Source: Podarcis bocagei
Lineage: Eukaryota
Direction: 5' to 3' (one strand)
Assembly: GCA_964188305.1 (NCBI GenBank)
Contig: OZ076887.1
DNA: 64,000 bases
Shown here: positions 1 to 13,095 of the stretch, in pieces
Numbering within the stretch: position 1 is the stretch's first letter
Layout of the letters: each line of letters starts with the position of its first letter
Notes under the pieces: model-generated
Database searches by the model: none
The model's input: only the letters and a program-made list of their open reading frames with translations
Told to the model about the DNA's origin: nothing
Position numbers and translations under genes: made by a program

Positions 1-3000
1 CTCCGGGAAGTAAAAACAAAGAAAGGCAACACACAAGGTGTGGGTGGGTGTTTGTGGGGAAACACAAACATAAAAAACCAAGAAGTAAACAACAAACCTG
101 ACAAACACAGCAAGGGAAGAGGAGGAAATAGAAGGAATGAACTCACAGCAAACAGAGGGAAAAAGGGAATTTTCGCCAGATAGGCAAAAGACCTGTCCTA
201 TTCCATCTAAGGCAGGAAGATCTGGAAGGCATGACGACTCCTCCCTGCTGGAATAGGAGGCATAAGGAGAATGTCCTCCAACACAACAGAAATTCACAGT
301 AAATAACATTTTCGCTACAAACACACAGCGTGCTCCTACTTCCTCTTTTCCCTGATAACAAGCAGGGGCAACAAACCAGGATTCTTAGATTAACATTATA
401 TTCAAATGAGGAATCATGGTCTGTTTCACTTCAAACAAGCCATCCTCTGAAGCCAAGGCTCACTGCTTCTGGTTTGAGAAAAGCACAGCACAATTCCCAA
501 GTGTGTTTCTAAGCCTTTGATTGTGGTTGTTGCTCTAACTTATTAGCACGGTGCATCAAAGTTGATCTCCATGTTCACAGTGAACCACTGACCATGCCTT
601 ACTAGGATGAGCGAATGTAGTCTATGTCACATAACTGGGCACTCAAGTCATTATTATCTGAATTTATTAGATGCCTTCTCTTGCCACGGCCAACTCAAGC
701 TATCCTGTCTTGATCATGTCCACGAAAGTTGCCATAGTCTTCCACTTTTGCTCCAACCAGTCCTTACATCATCATGGTGATTGACCCTTTCCAGTGCTTT
801 TTTTCTGGGGGTACACAGGGGTATGAATGCCCCTAAACATTTTGTGCATCTTTGTACTTTTGTCCATTTACTGTATTTATTTTTCCCAATTTGAACTATA
901 AAATGGTGATTTTCTTGAGTCAAAATGAGAGTACTCTTAAACATTTTTTTAGAAAAAAGCACTGACCTTTCTATTGATAGTCACCACAGGACAAGCAACT
1001 TGGGGGAGGGAGTAGATGCCTTACTAGAAAGGGTCCTTGTTGGAAAATGGGAGTGGCAAACTGATGAATTCAACAAAAAAGAATCTTTTGGTATGTTAAA
1101 TTTTAGGCTATGCTTTGAAGCCACTGTGTTTTAATCACAGATAAAACGTTAGGGCATCATAGGGAAAATGTCACTCACACCACCCAAAATAGTCAGAAAA
1201 AGAATAACGCCTAGGGAAAATGGTCTTTTCTCTACACCTTGTCAATTACCATCAGAAGAATGAACTCAAATATATCATTTAAATACCAATGGTACTAGCC
1301 CAGTGATGTAAGACTACCCATGCTTGTGAAAGAAGGTAGGGAATGATTTGAAAATCTCATTTTATGAGCTGCAATCATTAAAATAAAGTCACATTTAAAA
1401 TGTGAAAGATCTGCTAGGAATTTTTATCACTCTTTTATAGCAGCAATGCATGTCACTGCCGTCTCTAGTATTCTTCAGCTTAGACTTTCCAGTCCTCCAA
1501 AACGTGTCAATACAATATTCATCTGTTAAGAAAACAGATGAGTTCTCTTTCACTCGGAAAAAAGGAGCGAGAAAAAGCTAAGAGAAATGGCCACCCACCC
1601 ACAAAGCTCAGCACAAAACATTTTTCAAATAAAAATAAAAAATAAAAAATTAGGCTAAGCAACGACCAAAGCAACACACTCTGCAATAGAGCAGGCGTAA
1701 AAAAAAAATCAAAAGTACTCCAATAGAGAAACTGTCTCAGCGCTACTTTCTTGAAAGATAATAGCATGCACTTGACTTGATACTATATTTTATTTCAACT
1801 GAAATTATTCACAAGTCCTCCCTTTATTTCTACAACAACAAGAACAATCTTGTTGTGTTTAAACAACAGCAGATAACTGCAGAACAGTGATCAAATTTAT
1901 CTTCTCTGACCAATCTACAAAATATCATGAGCAAGGCAAAACTTTGTATGTGATGTCTCTGGGAATGCCAAGAAAACTGACCAATTATGCAGGCTGTCCT
2001 GGGCATTCCAACTCCAGAAACAATACAGAGAAATTCACATCTGAGTAAGGTCCACATAAAAAGGGGGGGGGGTGGCTTTTCAGTTTCTCAGGCCAGATCC
2101 TTATTAAGATTGGCCTTGTGGGTCAAATTTGACAGATGGGCCAGGTCACTCACTTATATATCACACAGCATTATGACATCATATGATTGACAGGTGGTTG
2201 GAGCCACCCACCTGTTAAATACACAGCTGTGCAAGTCTTCCACATCCCTTTTAAAACTCCTGATCTCAGAAGTTAAAGAGGGGAGTGCAGGGAGACTTGC
2301 ACATGCTATAAGACAAACCCCATGCTTCCATTTCAGCCTGAATTATGAACACAGGGACTGTCTTAAAGCCTTTTGCAGAAGTGCTGTTGGAAGTAGTCAC
2401 CCCCTTTTCTTTTAAATGGAGAGGAGAGCTGCTTCAAACTGCGTTTTTGAGACGTGCTTTAAGGCAGCCCGTGTTATCCCATTTCAGCTGAAACAAGAGC
2501 AGCAGGGCTGCTTTACATCACTTCTCAAAAATGCTGCTTGAAATTTCTCCTGTGAGCAGGCGGCAGCAGCAGCAGCTGCCACCCACCCACCCTCCCTCCC
2601 TCCCTGTTACAGGAGAAGTGCACAAGGTGCTTCAAGCATGCTTTGAGAAGCACCTTACTCCCCGCAGAGAACAGGCACGTAGCCAGTACAGGATTAAGCT
2701 CTGTCCTCCTGCCTGGCTGACATCACCAGACACATCAGCTGATGCACGGGTGAGTGTGGTTTGCGGGAAATGGCCTTGCAGGCCACAACTGGCCCATGGA
2801 CCTTCCCCACACCTGACATAGGTCTAATAGCTAATACTTCCATTTCATCTTAACTAGAATTAAGCCCTTACTTACTGCCCAGTACTGAGGAACTTTCCTG
2901 GGAAACAATCTAGAAAAATAATAATCAGAAAGTGAGTGAGTGAGTGAGTATGTGTGCTGGGTGTGCATCCTTAAGGAACTTCCTTAGAAAAGAAGCAGAT

Positions 3001-5319
3001 TTCACAGAACTGATGAAGAAAAGCATGTTCCAGTTCTCCGTCCACCCAAATATCTGGAACTCTGGATTTGCACATTGGTCGGGATGCAGGGGAGTTCCCA
3101 CCCACAGCATTAATATTTGCAGCTTGTGCTGTCCCGTTAAGTACCCATCGCTGATGTTCTAGATTCCTTCGTGCTATATTTACAAATATTCATCACACTT
3201 TCTGCTCGCACTGAAGGAATATAAAAACACTTAATTATGTCCTCATCTGGCAAGCACCTGCAATCAACATCAGCCACTTTAATATTAGGAAATACAGCGG
3301 TCACTGACAACTAAATCACAGCAGATTATCTTCTCAACATGCAAACTGCTATGTCCAATTCACAGAGTAGCTGGCTGCATTTCTGTGAAGTCACATCGTC
3401 TGGCACAAGGAGCTTGCACAGAAAGTGAGCAAAAATCAGCCAGCATACCACAAGCAAACTGTCTACTAGCTCATAAAAGATCAATAGAAACTCCTGCTCC
3501 TTGACAAGTCTTTGAAGTGATGCCTCTTGGACTGGCTGGAATCCTGTGTAATCGACAATATGTAAACTCAGCAGAACTGAGTGGGGAGCAGATGGGAGGA
3601 GACAACTGCCTGAAAAGGCACATCATCTTTCCCCCTCTTTCTCACATTCAAACAAAATCAGATGATTTGTAGTCTACTCTGTAGAAGTCTCTGTAAAAAA
3701 AGGGTGTAAAAATAAAAAAGGTAACCTCAGTCAGGAGCTCCTTATGCATTCCACTACATTCAGAGACTTTCCTATCAATATTACAGGTACTGGTAGCAAC
3801 ATTGATAAAGGCCCTGATCTGCTATCGAGGGAAAGTTCCTTCCCAATTCAACTCCATTAAGAGCTCATATGTTTTCCTCCTACCAGTTGTAAACCCTTGT
3901 TTATTCACAGTTTCCAAGATTCCCTTGGAACAGAGAAATAAAGACGAACTATCAAGAATTGAAAGAACTCAAGCCAGATCTTTCCAAATATGTTTTCCCC
4001 CCAGCAACATCTGGGAGAGCCAAAGGTTCCCCACAGCTGGACTAAGGAGCAAGGTGGGGCACCATGCATATTCTAACTGATATACTTCAGCATCCAATTA
4101 AGATTTAAAAGGCAGAGAAAGACATGCAAGGGAGGAAAGGTAACCAAGTTAAAGAAAGTGGATTCTATGGGGAAGTTGTGGCAAAGCCATTCTCATAGTA
4201 ATGCTTATTGCTAGGCCTACAAATATATTTGGGAGAAGACTTAAGATTGCTTCCCACCATTGCCAACATGGTCACAGGTATGGACTACCACTGAATAAGA
4301 CCAAAGGGAAGGAAGAGCATATAGAAAAGAGCAGGTAAGGTGAAGCAGGACCACCAAGGGACAGAGAGAGGGAAGAAGCAGAGACCAAGGAAAAGAAAGC
4401 AGACAAAGCTGGCTCGGAAAGGAAAGCTCTGTCTGGCATTCACCCATCTATTCAGAAATAACCCATCTCATCTGCAGTATCAATTTCCATGCACATGCCA
4501 ACCATTTGATGGCATATTCATAATAATAGCTAAAGGTTTAAAGCTTAATATTTCAAATCATAGTTAAGAGACAGTGAAGTACCTATACCTCCTACAAAAC
4601 CAAAGCTGAGTGGCCAAGAGCTGATATCAGAAATCATTCGATTAGGAGCTAATTCGCTCTATGTAATTACCCTGCACAACCGCAGGGACTCAGAACATTT
4701 TCACTTTCAAACACAATAACCTGACCTATGGGACAACTGTAATTCCAGTACTGTTATCCGTTTAGTTATTCATGCTTTTTAAGTTCCTCAGAAATACCAA
4801 ATGATATTCTACTGCACTTTTTAAATTTAACTAAAAAAAATGTTTGTTTAAATCATACCACATATTTAGGGTAGCAAGATTAGTTGTTCAAGGTCTTACC
4901 TAGGGAATTAATGTGTTGTTTTGTTATGGCATTGTCCCTCATCTTATGAAAACAGATGCATGTCTTTATTGAAAGCACATTAGGAATTACTAGTTGCTCC
5001 CCACAACGATTAAAGCAGACATTAAGGAAGCAAACCCTAACTGCCAAAGAGAAAACAACAAAAAGCTGAAATGCACCCAGAGTGATAAGCTCAGCCACCT
5101 TCCTTTCCACAAAAGGAATGACACCTGCAGCAATAAAAAGCAGAAGCAGACAGAAAAATGAGGAGGGAAATCATAATTATATTAAAATTGCCCTTTTACA
5201 TATGAAAGACTTCTAGCATTGGTTGCAAAGTTAATGCATTTAATATAGGGCAGCTGAACAGAAAAACGTGGTCAACAAACTGAAACCAAAAGAGTGAATG
5301 CCTGAATAAAGAGAAGTAC

Positions 5320-5388
5320 CTCTAGTTCAACTAGCGCTGCAGTCACTGCATCTGTTACAAGAGCCCCAGCCTGTAGCTTTTCAATTGC
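5320..5388 (-). CDS. TASP1: Taspase 1 exon 4 (69 nt; AIEKLQAGALVTDAVTAALVELE); gene continues beyond the left edge
   Basis: Translation matches recalled vertebrate TASP1; acceptor ttctag| and donor |gtactt; phase 0/0 continues from exon 3. Confidence 0.95.
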
Positions 5389-5529
5389 CTAGAAGACAGA
5401 ATTTTTAGGATATAAAGTTTTGCCTTTTATTTTTTACGTACTAAATCTTCTATACAGAAAAGGCCAAAGAGTCACTTGGTCCCGAGACAGACATTGCAAA
5501 ACATAATTATAATCAAGAAGGGTGCAGGG

Positions 5530-5651
5530 CAGGGATGGGGAACCGGTGGTCCTCCAAAGTTGCTAGACTTCATCAGCACCAGCCAGCTTGGCCAATGGTC
5601 TGGGAATATGGGAGCTGCAAACCACTAGCATCTAGGGGTTCCCCATTCCTG
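5530..5651. mobile_element. Palindromic hAT-like MITE (related copies near 15390, 26450, 33260, 39755, 47012, 47660, 49445, 52120, 53745, 61640)
   Basis: CAGGGATGGGGAAC...GTTCCCCATTCCTG termini; degenerate 8-bp TSD GTGCAGGG/GTGTATGG. Confidence 0.7.
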
Positions 5652-6164
5652 GTGTATGGAGTACTCTGAGAGGGGAAAGAAAGGATCTAAACACTTATTT
5701 CACTATTATTAAATAAAGGCACCACATAATACCAGTAACTCTGACTACATTGTACTTCACATATTAAGATAACACTAGGACATTAAAATACCAACATTAC
5801 CATTTACACAGATAAAAATGGAATTTCCCCCCAGTTTCACTGCATGAAATAGGAAACAAACCAGTCAATAATGAGAAAATAATTTTCAAATTATGGATTT
5901 GTAAAGAAAGCATACTTCTGTTCTGAAACAGATTTCCACCACACACACACTGCATTAACCTAATGCCACACTGTGGGCAAAAAAGATGTTATAAGGCTTG
6001 CTTTCAGATTAGACATTTGTTGGTTTTCTGCCCAGAAAGTAGAGTGAAGTGAAATTCCAAACACAGCAACTAAAAGCAACCCAAACATCTAATGGACTGG
6101 GAAGGGGAGAGGATCTACAGGGAACATCTTCCATTGATGTTCTAACATTTGCACTGGCTTACTA

Positions 6165-6424
6165 CAGTCATACCTCGGGTTGAATGTGCTTCGGGATGAG
6201 CGCATTTGAGTTGTGCTCCGCAGCAACCCAGAAGTAACGGAGCGCGTTACTTCCGGGTTTCGCCGCTTGCACATGCGCAGACGTTCAAAATGACATCGAA
6301 CGCATGTGCAGAAGCGGCGAAACGCGACACGTCTGTGCGCAGACGTGCCATCGCTGGTTACGTTTGCTTCTAGATGTGAACAGGGCTCCGGAACGGATCC
6401 TGTTCGCATCTAGAGGTACCACTG
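6165..6424. mobile_element. Tigger/pogo-like MITE (family B)
   Basis: TA|CAGTCATACCTC...GAGGTACCACTG|TA; internal hairpin ~6225-6259. Confidence 0.8.
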
Positions 6425-7373
6425 TATAACACTGAAGACACATCTGAAGATTTTTTATCCAACAGGGCTCCAATTGACAGAGATTACCTCTGGCCCTTCC
6501 TCACTTCCTATCATGATTTCTACAGGCTGTTGAGCTTGGGTTCCTAACAATGACACAAGGAGATATTCCCAATTGTTATTCCCCAATTTGAGAATTCCTT
6601 CCCTCCAAGGGGTTCAAGAAAGCCCAAGTGAGAAGAAATACAAAATCCCACTTCAACTCAGAAAAATATTTTTATGGTTGTTTCTAAGCAAGTTCTAAAT
6701 ATGTAACTATATAAATAAGGTTGAGATTTTAAAACTCTAAAAACATATTAAATAGTGATAAAGCTGAAGTTAAAATATAAGAGGCAAGGAAGCTGGTTAC
6801 TCTTTAGTCAGTGCAACGCCATCTAGGTCAGATACTATACCAAGCGTAGTAAGAGAAAAAATGGAAATAAAATAGTTAACAGTGTAACCATATGCATGGC
6901 TACTCAGAAGTAAGTCTCACTGACTTCAACAGGACTTACTCCTATGTACATATGTATAAGATTACAGCCTATGTAGAGCTAATAAAAAGACAATTTGTGA
7001 AGATCCAAAGTTCATCAAAAGCATCTTGCAAAATGAGAAAATTAAGAAGAGCAGAAAGATCAAGGCATTTCAAGGTGTTGAAGCAGCTGAAACACTACAC
7101 AAGTAACATAAGCATTCAATTTTTTTCCTTGCACAAGATGATGACTTTCTCAAGTATTGTGCAGAAAATTAAATTTAAAAATTAATTTTAAACGTTCAAA
7201 GTTGCTATCAGGCAGATGACATTTTTGAATTTATAAGTTATATATTTATGGGAGGGGACATCCTTGTGTATACATACAGAAAAGAGTAGCATTTCAATTC
7301 TGTACTTCATGAAGAAATACAGCAACATGTTCCAAAAGATTAAACACTTGCTCCAAAACTAGCAAACTCTTAC

Positions 7374-7441
7374 CTTCCTACATGCTCTTTTGCACACATG
7401 CTTATATTCTTTGGCTTTGGATTCAGAATGATACCCTGCAC
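7374..7441 (-). CDS. TASP1: Taspase 1 exon 3 (68 nt; GAGYHSESKAKEYKHVCKRACRK)
   Basis: Near-identical to recalled TASP1 peptide; tag| acceptor and |gtaaga donor; phase 1 to 0. Confidence 0.96.
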
Positions 7442-8106
7442 CTAATATCAAGGAAGATTTGAAGGGAAGAGGGGAGAGAAGGGATTAATTCAATTAGTTA
7501 GACCCTCCCACTTTATCTAAAATTAACGGAACTAACCTTTTCTCACCAATATAAAATACAGCCCAGCTGCTTCCTAAAGCAAACAAGCATCCATCCCATT
7601 GAAAGTTCATTCATACACACTGCCATCAGTGGGGGAACTGCCTCCACCTAGTGCAATCCAGCAGTATAAGGACATGCATGTGCACAGTGCAACCTCAAGA
7701 ACAGGGACTGAACATGTAGGTCTTCAGCACTCAGTCAGCACCCGGCCTTCTAGCAGAGTGCCAGCTGCATCAGAAATACCCACACACACACCTAACGCTA
7801 AAGTGTGAAACTGCACCACCAGGCAGAAGCAGCTCCCACACTGGGCCACAAATGTAAAAGGGGCCCAATACAGTTTTTGTTTTCAAATGAGAAAGTGCAG
7901 AAGAATATGACGTTAAACATAAAATGAGATGTCTCCAGCTCAAATGAGAAGTGCAAAGATATATGCATCGTACTTCCTATCTTAAATGAGATGAAGCATA
8001 GCCCTGAATGAGAGCAAATTCCTGCATATCAATTTCTTCTCTACCCCCCATCTTCCCCCAAAATATTATACACAAATTTCCTATAGGACACTGCACATGC
8101 CTTCAC

Positions 8107-8251
8107 CTGCATGGACAAGTACAAATCCCACTCGTCTCCCTTTCTGAGCTTGCTTTGCTTCGTGTTCTTTCACCATCTCCCCTACTGCAGTGGTGTGTGA
8201 AGATCTGGAGGGTAGAACTTCTACTGAGCTTATCCCCTTTTCCATGCTCAT
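8107..8251 (-). CDS. TASP1: Taspase 1 first coding exon (exon 2 spans 8107-8323); MSMEKGISSVEVLPSRSS...GFVLVHAG
   Basis: ATG at 8251; N-terminus resembles TASP1 (MTMEKG...FVLVHAG); 145 nt, phase-1 donor |gtgaag; acceptor ttttcag| at 8324. Confidence 0.95.
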
Positions 8252-8905
8252 ACTTCAAGGTTACCATCTTCTGTGGAGAACAGCATACTTCCATCCAAGA
8301 GAAAACACAGCTGAGGACTCTCCCTGAAAACAAATGAATAAGCATACAGTATAGCATTTTTCTGTCCATGGGAGATTTCATGCAGTATATTTTTGTGAAG
8401 GAACTACCATTCCATGTAGGATGACCACCCCTCTCACTACAAAAACAATTATAGGAAACACCAGACAGTAGCCTACATATGTGACAACACAGTATGATAC
8501 AGTCGTATCACATATCTGACTTTTCTATTGTGCTAATAGGCTGGCCTTTAAATAAAAACAGAAATAAATATAGAGAGCAGTTAGTTTTTTAAAACTGCCA
8601 CAGAAAACTTTTAGGTGCCTTTTTAGTTTGATAATTCTAATGGGAATGTTTTACAAATGGAACATCACGATTCTCTCAAATAAAAAACTCAGGTGACCTA
8701 TCAATTTGAAAATAAAACTGAGGCACCCCAAAATAAGGGGCTCCCTTCCCCTTCTGAAACTCCACCTCTGCCACAAAACCCGAGTATTAGAATGTTAACT
8801 ATTTCAGCATGTCCTTTTAGGATCTCAAAACCTACCACCACATTTTGTCAGTGAAGTGCAGCAGAACATTATTAATGCAAAAATCATAGCATATTTTATT
8901 GAAAA

Positions 8906-9040
8906 GAATCATAGAATTAGAGAGTTGGACGGGACCTCAGAGGTCATCTACGCAGGAATCTGTCTCCCATCCAATTTGAAACCATACCAGAGCCTGCTTA
9001 GCTTTGCAAATGTAGCGGTAGCTTTATTGCTGGACCACAT
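8906..9040 (-). mobile_element. Putative 5S-rRNA-derived SINE with CR1-like tail
   Basis: 8962-9011 resembles antisense 5S internal control region; 8906-8950 is the reverse complement of a CR1 3' end. Confidence 0.6.
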
Positions 9041-9329
9041 ATATTCCTTTTTACATTAAGCCTCCCCTCTCTCGCACACACACTGGGAAAGGTGGGAATA
9101 AACGCAGCACCATCCCCATCTCATCACACCCAGAGGCGACTTCAACACAGGCCAGGAAACCTTCTCAAGCAACTTGGTCTTACTTAAGCTCAGGAGAGCT
9201 GCCGGGCGCAGCTGGGCTCTAAGCAACCAACAGAGACGAAGGTGGTGATGGATGGTCCACATGAATGGCCACAAATCGGGGGGGGGGGGCTGGGAAGTTC
9301 CTCAGTCACATGGCAGGAGAAATGTCAAC

Positions 9330-10060
9330 CGCCATCTCTACTCTGAGAGGGGTGTAGCGGGAAAGGGCTCATCCACGCGTCGCTATGGCAACGGGAGCCC
9401 CTGCCTGGGACCCGAAGGGAGCAGCAGCGCCAGGACACGGGGCGAAGAGTCGCGGCTTCGGCGCCTCACGTCCCCCAGGAGAGGACCCGCTGAGGCCCTG
9501 AGTTCAAGGCGCTCGGCTCGAAGGCTCCAGCCTCGCTTCCACCCCTCAGGGACCGCGGACGAGGTTCCCGCGCAGCCCCGGGGCCCGGCGCGCCCTCCTA
9601 AGCTCCGCCCTCCAGCTCCCCAAGCGCTGCCCTCCTCCGTCAGCGTCTGGAGACTGGGGAGCGAGCGACCCAGCCGCCGGCGCGACGAGGCCGGGCTGGA
9701 CCTAGCGTCGCTCACACGCGCGCGCGCGGCCTTGCGTCGGCGCGTGGCGGGAACGCTGGCGCTGCCTGAGGCTGCGTTGGGAACACTCACTCACCCGCCC
9801 GCCCGTTAGCGCGGGCTTGCGGTTCTCTCCCCGGCGCGCGCATGCGCACCCGCGCCGCCGCATGTTTGTCGTCAGCCGGGCGCTTGTGCCTCGGCGAGAA
9901 GGGGAAACGCTAAGAGATGCGGCGGTTGGAGGTTGGAAGAGAAAGCCCGACAAGCAAGGTTTTTTTCGGGCGTCACCTTGACTTCCGGTTCCTGCTACAG
10001 TGCCTCCACCATATGCGGGGCCAAGAGTGGCGGAAGTGCTGCTGGAGAGAAATCGACGTT
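9330..10060. promoter_or_regulatory. TASP1 CpG-island promoter
   Basis: High GC/CpG; NRF1 motif GCGCATGCGC 9838-9847; ETS/GABPA motifs ACTTCCGG 9981-9988 and CGGAAGT ~10031-10037. Confidence 0.85.
9795..9960 (-). other. TASP1: Putative non-coding exon 1 of TASP1 (5' boundary uncertain)
   Basis: Strong donor GG|GTGAGT at 9794, with a tandem GTGAGT 4 nt further, inside the CpG island upstream of exon 2. Confidence 0.6.
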
Positions 10061-10969
10061 AGTTTAACAAGATGGTAGTGAGCATCTTGCTATATGTATA
10101 TTTATTTATATCTCGCCTCCCCCCTCCGACAGGACTCAAGGCTGCTTGCAAATGAAAACAAGAATCATTTTTTTAAAGGAAAAAAATCCCACGGTTTAAA
10201 AACAATACAAAACTATACACATACTGTTGTGAATTAACAAAATAAATCCTGGCAAACTGGGAATATCTCCTCACTCACCCAAGTTTAAGGTATTCCATTT
10301 CAGCTGAGTTTCTTTTTCTTTGAGAAAATAAGTGGCTCACGTAAATGTAAACTTAAGTTTTAATCATATGTCCTTTTAAAATGTGGGGTTTTATTGGGGG
10401 GCGTTATTAGGTTGTTTTTCATGTTGATTATATATTTTGTGGTTTTATATTTTGATTTTGTTCTGTGAACCTCCCTGAAACCTTCGGGTATAGGACAGTA
10501 TATAAATTCAATTAATAATATAAATAATGAAGAAAACTGACAAAATAACATAATTGGAGAAACTAAATACAATAACATGAGGCAAGAAACAAGAGGAGGC
10601 AGTTGGTCCCTCTTAAATGACATTCTCAAATGAACAGAACAGAACAGAACACACACTGAAGGGAGAGGCCGATTCCGGGGCAAAACACACAAGTCCCACC
10701 CACCAAATATCAAACATTCTATTCAAATTAGGCCCCAGTGTTTTCCTTACACATACTGTATAAAATCTGTTTTAAAACATACAAATAATTACTGTTAAAA
10801 AAGCAGCCAGTTCCCAAAAACCTGTTGGAACTCTGGAGTTCCAGAGTCTGGGAGCAGCCACCACTGAGAAGGCCCTGTCCCTCATCCGCACAAAGCATGC
10901 CTGTGTGAGAGCAGCAGGCCCTTCCTGAATATATACATTTTTGAGCAGGCTCTGGAACAAACATTCCTT

Positions 10970-11636
10970 CCTTTTCCTTTTTTATTATTTATGATTTTCA
11001 GTTATATACATTTCAATAGTTTTACAATCATTTTAACATTTCAAAACTCGACTTCCTCCTCTTTCTGTGGTTCCTTAAATTTAGTTTTTATCATTTCCTG
11101 TATATTCTAAATTACCTTAACTTATACTTTTATTCATCTACTTTAATTATATACTCTTATGAAACTGCAGGTTATTACAATAATCCGGCCAATGTCCTTA
11201 TCTGTTTACAATTTGTTTATAAATATTCAACAAACCATTTCCATTCTTTTATATAAAAAAACCTTTGTTATCTTGATTTCTTATTCTTCTGGCAAGTTTC
11301 GCCATTTCTGCATAGTCCATAAGTCTTTGTATTCATTCTTCTCTCGTCGGGACTTCTTTCCATTTTGGGGCAAATAACATTCTTGCCGCTGTAGTCACAT
11401 ACATGAATAAATTTCTATATTGTTTAGGTAATTCTTCCCCTATAATTCCCAAAGGAAAGCTTCTGGGTTGTTGTTTTTTACAAATCTTATTTTAAACATC
11501 TTTTTCAATTCATTATATATCATCTCCCAGTAAGTTTTAACCTTACAAGACCACCACATGTGATAGAAAGTACCTTCTTTCTCTTTGCACTTCCAACACT
11601 TATTTGATTTTGATTTATACATTTTTGCCAATTACT
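10970..11636 (-). mobile_element. 5'-truncated L1-clade LINE (ORF2 C-terminal CCHC region + 3' UTR)
   Basis: ORF 11440-11631 CWKC...HMWWSC; A-rich tail; possible TSD CATTCCTT (10962-10969, 11637-11644). Confidence 0.8.
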
Positions 11637-12018
11637 CATTCCTTTTTCAAAAGAGCGGAAAGGGGACTTTCCTTCACTGGATAAACTTGTCGTACCATCC
11701 AACAACGTTCCTCAGATGAAAATAGGGACATTTCTTACTCCCTGCCCCCCACTCAACTGACCCTCCTCAACCTCCAGCATGGTGATAACAGCAGTAGAGA
11801 GCAGTGCAAGTTTGTTTTATGCTTCTCTCTCAGCCACAGCCTAACACCCAATAATGCTATATGGATATAATACCACTAGGCAGGACTGGAGAGAGAGAGA
11901 GAGTATCTCAAGCCAATGTGAGGGTAGGTGAAGTCATTTATTCTTACAGCATTATCTCCTTTGACTATTTCTTGCTTTAGCTGCACACACAACATACATT
12001 TAAAGCACATCCCACCCT

Positions 12019-12502
12019 GAGGGCCTCGGACGTGAGATCTCCAGGCTGATAGTTGACAGACTGAGGGACATTTTTGGGGGATCGAAACCGGGAAAGGGGG
12101 GGTGAGAGTTTTGGAATCCAAAGGGTGTATAATTATATGTTGTCTCTCTGTTATTTTGTTTTGTAATTAATATAAAAATTGGGAAATTTGTGGAAGGGAA
12201 TTTGGGTCGACCTTAGAAAAGGGTGTAAAGAATGAGTATTGTTGTTTAAATTGAGGTCTATAAGTTAACATTGGTTAATTAAGATGAATAATAATAAGGC
12301 AAAAGTTGGGGATAAGAACTTGCTGAGCTAACTATTGGAATTGGAATACAAGAAGGGGAGGTGTGGGGAAGTCAGGGAAAGATGTTAAGAAAATAAGGAT
12401 CCGAAACTATACTTGTTATTTGTGTTGTGTTAGTTTGTGTTTTTTGTGTTTGTTTAAAAATTTGTGAAACTTTAATAAAAATGTATATAAAAAATAAAAA
12501 AA
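12019..12502 (+). mobile_element. L1-type 3' end insertion
   Basis: 18-bp TSD TAAAGCACATCCCACCCT (12001-12018, 12503-12520); AATAAA followed by an A-rich tail. Confidence 0.8.
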
Positions 12503-12756
12503 TAAAGCACATCCCACCCTAAGGATTCCTAGGAACCATGGTTTACCCAACACAGAGCTTCAGTTCCAGGAACCCTTATCAAATACAGCTTATGAAGATC
12601 ACCCTCAGCATTTGGTCAATGAAGTGACAGTATGGCTCCATAGTGTCTTATTTTAGGGTCTTTCTTTTATTTTATTTTAACATTAATTACCGGGGGCTTC
12701 ATTACCAATTTATTACATTTATTTCCCACCCTGGCAATGATTCTAAGAAGAAAATT

Positions 12757-13095
12757 TGAAATATACTCGGAGTCGAGAGTGGATTTCATGCTCTTTATTC
12801 AGCTCATAGTGGTGAGGAGGAATGAAAGTTCCCCCCAGAATGTCTGTTTTATATACATTATTTACACAATGGGCCCCGCATGATTGGCTAATTCCGGAAT
12901 TCTCCTGTAGGCCAATCAGGTTGTGGATTCACTTCCACCTGGAGCTGGATTGGGTGGCTCCTGTGGACCAATCAGACTGCTGCATTCTGGGTCCTGTTGT
13001 TCTAGGACCAATCAGACTGCTGCATTCTGAATCCTATTGTTCTAGGACCAATCAGACTGCTGCATTTTGGATCCTATTCAACTCAGTACATAACA
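12757..13095 (-). mobile_element. Solo LTR (Gypsy/ERV-like), copy 1
   Basis: TG...CA termini on the minus strand; 5-bp TSD AAATT (12752-12756, 13096-13100); TATA, AATAAA and ~40-bp CCAAT repeats. Confidence 0.88.

Noticed and set aside
1-5300. TASP1 exon 5 (DSPFTNAG...)
   Set aside because: No matching sequence seen; it presumably lies left of the window
8252-9863. N-terminally extended TASP1 from the exon 1 ATG at 9863
   Set aside because: In frame after splicing but ends at TAA (8263-8261) before the main ATG
9252-9953. Long Arg/Pro/Ala-rich ORFs on both strands
   Set aside because: Stop-poor CpG island of the TASP1 promoter; no recognisable domain
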